Assembly (NCBI GenBank): GCA_963762055.1
Contig: CAVXJF010000017.1
Coordinates: 528,149 to 592,148 of the forward strand
Length of the DNA stretch: 64,000 nucleotides
Origin: Vicinamibacterales bacterium
Lineage (GTDB): Bacteria; Acidobacteriota; Vicinamibacteria; Vicinamibacterales; JAMQPK01
Direction: 5' to 3'
The position numbers and the translations under genes are program-made. Numbering within the stretch: the first letter of the stretch is position 1; each line of letters begins with the position of its first letter. Shown here in pieces: positions 61,561 to 64,000 of the stretch. The notes beneath the pieces were generated by a model, which saw nothing but the letters and a program-made list of their open reading frames with translations, searched no databases and had not been told where the DNA came from.

Positions 61561-64000
61561 CCTGCGACGGATTGCCCGGTGGTTGTTCGCGGCAGCGGTC
61601 GTCTGGGCGACGGTAATGGGTGCGAGCGAGGCTTTTGCGCAGGCAGGGACGCGGACCTGGGTGGGCGGCAACGGCCCCAACTGGTCGACCATCCAAAACT
61701 GGCTCCACGGGGAGCGTCCCTGCACGCGGCGACGACCTGATTTTTCCAGCTTCCGCGAATCTCGTCACCATCAATGATCTTGTCGATCTGTCGGTCAACT
61801 CCATCACTATCCGCGACAACTACGTCATCAGCGGCGTTCCGCTGGAGGTCACGGGCGATATCCTGCTGGTGAGCCTGCAAAATGTGACGGCTAGCTTGAC
61901 GCTGGACGTCGCTCTCAGGAAGGTGCCGATACGCGTCGGCACCGAGGACGGGACGCTCATCCTGTCGGGCGTCGTCACTGCCGCTTCCCTCCTGAAGGCA
62001 GGTCTCGGCACGCTGGTCCTCTCCAACGCGAACAACATCGACGCTGTGGCCGGCGTGGCCAACTGCGGCGTGATACGGGCAACCCACGCGGAGGCGCTGG
62101 GCGCGGGCCTGAGCCGCGCGGCCGGACAGATTGAGCTCGGCGAGGGCTGCACGCTTCGCCTTGAAGCCCTTACGACGTTGGAGAAGCCAATCATTCTCAA
62201 CGGAAATGGGGCACTGGGTAACACAGGGGTGCTTGTCATCGCTGCCGGCGTGACGCTCAGCAAGGACGTCGCCGTGCCGGCGGGCCCTGCAGCCACAATC
62301 AGCGTGCTCAGTGGAGCGGCACTGTTCCTCCCGGACGGGCCGAACGTTGACCTTGACCTCGATTCGCCGCTGACCATGAACGTAGCCGTTGGCGCAGCGG
62401 CGTTAATCAGCCGAACGATTGTTGGCACCGGCGATCTCATCAAGGAGGGCGCGGGGTCGCTCGTTTTGGAAAAAATCAGCACGTACAGCGGCCAGACCAT
62501 CATTCGCGAAGGCACGTTGGATGTCAACAACGCCATTCAACCAGACAGTCCGGTGGTCCTGGATGGGGGGACGCTGCTGGGCGTCGGCACGGTCGGGACG
62601 ATCAGCGCGACCGCGACAGGCGGCACGATCAGCGTAGGGCAGTCATGGCGGCGACCGATTGTTCAGCGGCAGCGTGACCATGAACCCCACCACCACGTTC
62701 GCCGTCGAGGTGAACGGCACGCAGCATGACCAGCTCAATGTCAGTGGGACCGTCACCCTCAATAACGCCATCCTGAGCGTCACCGGTCGATGTTCCGCTG
62801 ACGCCGTTCGTCATCATCGACAACGACTTGAACGATGCCGTGGTCGGGACGTTCGCGGGCTTGCCGCAGGGCGCCACGCTGCTGATCGGCGGCGTGTCCA
62901 GTGACGATCTCCTATAACGGAGGCGACGGAAACGATGTTGCCCTGAGTGCAGGTGGACAAACAGAAGTCCTCACTGGCGTCTACATTGGCAACGGCGCCG
63001 ACAACCGCCAGATCACCGGGCTGGGCTTCCATCCTGATCTCGTCATCATCAAGTCGATTCAGACCCAACAGGCAGTCGGGCGGACGTCCACGATGACCGG
63101 TGACGTGTCGAAAAACATGGCCACCGGTGAGAACGTCACCAATGCCATTCAGTCGCTGGATCCGAACGGCTTCACCGTCGGCACCACCCCGCAAGTCAAT
63201 GCCGTCCCTGGACTGTACCAATGGGTCGCATGGAAAACGGCGCCCACGGAGATGGTGGAGGGTACGTACACCGGAAACGGCCAAAGTTCGCAATCGATCA
63301 CCGGCCTCGGGTTCAATCCGGATATCGTGTTTGTCCTCTCCGCGGGCGCCGACCCACCCGTGCACAGAGTGCGCCCCGGGCCAGCCTCGAACGCGTTCAC
63401 GTTCGCAGGTGCGCTGTCCACCAACTTAATCCCCACGCTTGGAGCGGACGGCTTCACCGTCGGTAGTGACGTGCGCGTCAACCGGAGCGGCACCACGTAT
63501 TACTACGTTGCCTGGGCTGAGATTGCCGGAAAGGTGGACGTGGGCACCTACACCGGTACTAACCCTGACAACCGGAACATCGCGGGCGTGGGGTTCCAGC
63601 CGGACTTCGTGATGGTGCAGACGAACGGCGGCCTGCGGACGGTGGCGCACTCGACGGCGATGGGGCCCTCGTTCGACAACTCGCACTTCTTCAACGCGAC
63701 CGCCAACCAGACTAACCGGATTCAAGCGCTCCTGCCCGACGGGTTTCAGGTCGGCACGGCTGGGGAGACGAACCTAACCGGCCAGACTTTCACATACGCC
63801 GCCTGGGGGCGTCCGGCGCCAACCGCGATCCGCATGGCCGCCATGAGCGCCCGCCGAACGGGGACCGGCGTCGTCCTCGAGTGGCGCACTGGGTACGAAG
63901 TCGACAACCTGGGCTTCCATGTTTATCGCGGGCCCGAAAACGGCCGCGTCCGCCTCACCACCAGCCTGCTCGCCGGGTCCGGCTTGCAGCAGTCGTCCGG
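61508..64000 (+). pseudogene. large secreted beta-helix protein with autotransporter-associated beta-strand repeats and a triple-module C-region; 4 frame changes; 3-prime partial
   Basis: Signal peptide RRIARWLFAAAVVWATVMGASEAFAQA, then TRTWVGGNGPNWSTIQNW. Motifs: LVLSNANN, KEGAGSLVLEKISTYSGQTIIREGTL, FAVEVNGTQHDQLNVSGTVTLNNAILSV, IIDNDLNDAVVGTFAGLPQGA and ISYNGGDGNDVAL. Junctions at about 61710, 62640, 62790 and 62895. Frame 0 is open from 62898 to the window end. Confidence 0.6.
62967..63815 (+). repeat. three tandem, diverged modules of about 94 aa (about 282 nt) within the beta-helix protein
   Basis: Each module contains G(V/T)Y(I/T)G(N/T)...I(T/A)G(L/V)GF(H/N/Q)PD(L/I/F)V...DGF(T/Q)VG...(Y/F)x(W/Y)(V/A)AW. 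Module starts are at about 62967, 63252 and 63531. Confidence 0.6.

Overview
GC-rich chromosomal segment with no rRNA, tRNA, CRISPR array, transposase or integrase that I could recognise. Gene content points to an Acidobacteria-like Gram-negative soil bacterium: two ADOP-type duplicated MacB/FtsX permeases, a PadR pair, a PEP-CTERM protein and many TAT or signal-peptide beta-barrel and beta-propeller proteins. Layout: 1-17 kb holds envelope and housekeeping genes (aat, PQQ sugar dehydrogenase, NhaP antiporter, an FHA/winged-helix regulator next to a Ser/Thr kinase, soxR with a perfect SoxR box, queA). 17-23.4 kb holds an unusual nitrate-type module: a NarK-like porter fused to a NarI-like cytochrome b domain, a Nas/NarB-like Mo-enzyme, a 4Fe-4S protein and a Rieske protein. 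24.2-30.6 kb holds a His-rich protein plus a CzcCBA-type heavy-metal RND pump. 30.6-43 kb holds secreted hypotheticals, a second ADOP permease, an FAD oxidoreductase, a 1-Cys peroxiredoxin and a lower-GC patch with an orphan AbrB-like gene. 43.3-57.2 kb is an exopolysaccharide locus (Wzc-like kinase, Wzy/O-antigen-ligase-like protein, priming sugar transferase, 5 glycosyltransferases, 3 methyltransferases). 57.3-61.6 kb is the most interesting part: PqqD + radical-SAM/SPASM + an untracked 56-aa Cys-containing peptide ORF + HPr-kinase-like P-loop protein + NTP_transf_5-like nucleotidyltransferase + Ser/His S26-like peptidase, a candidate new RiPP-type system. A large secreted beta-helix protein follows and runs off the window. 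Caveat: about 30 conserved genes or gene segments are broken by 1-nt frame changes, several of them in homopolymers. These cluster strongly in 48-63 kb. Gene models there were stitched by hand and are marked pseudogene, meaning frameshifted as assembled; they may be sequencing artefacts.
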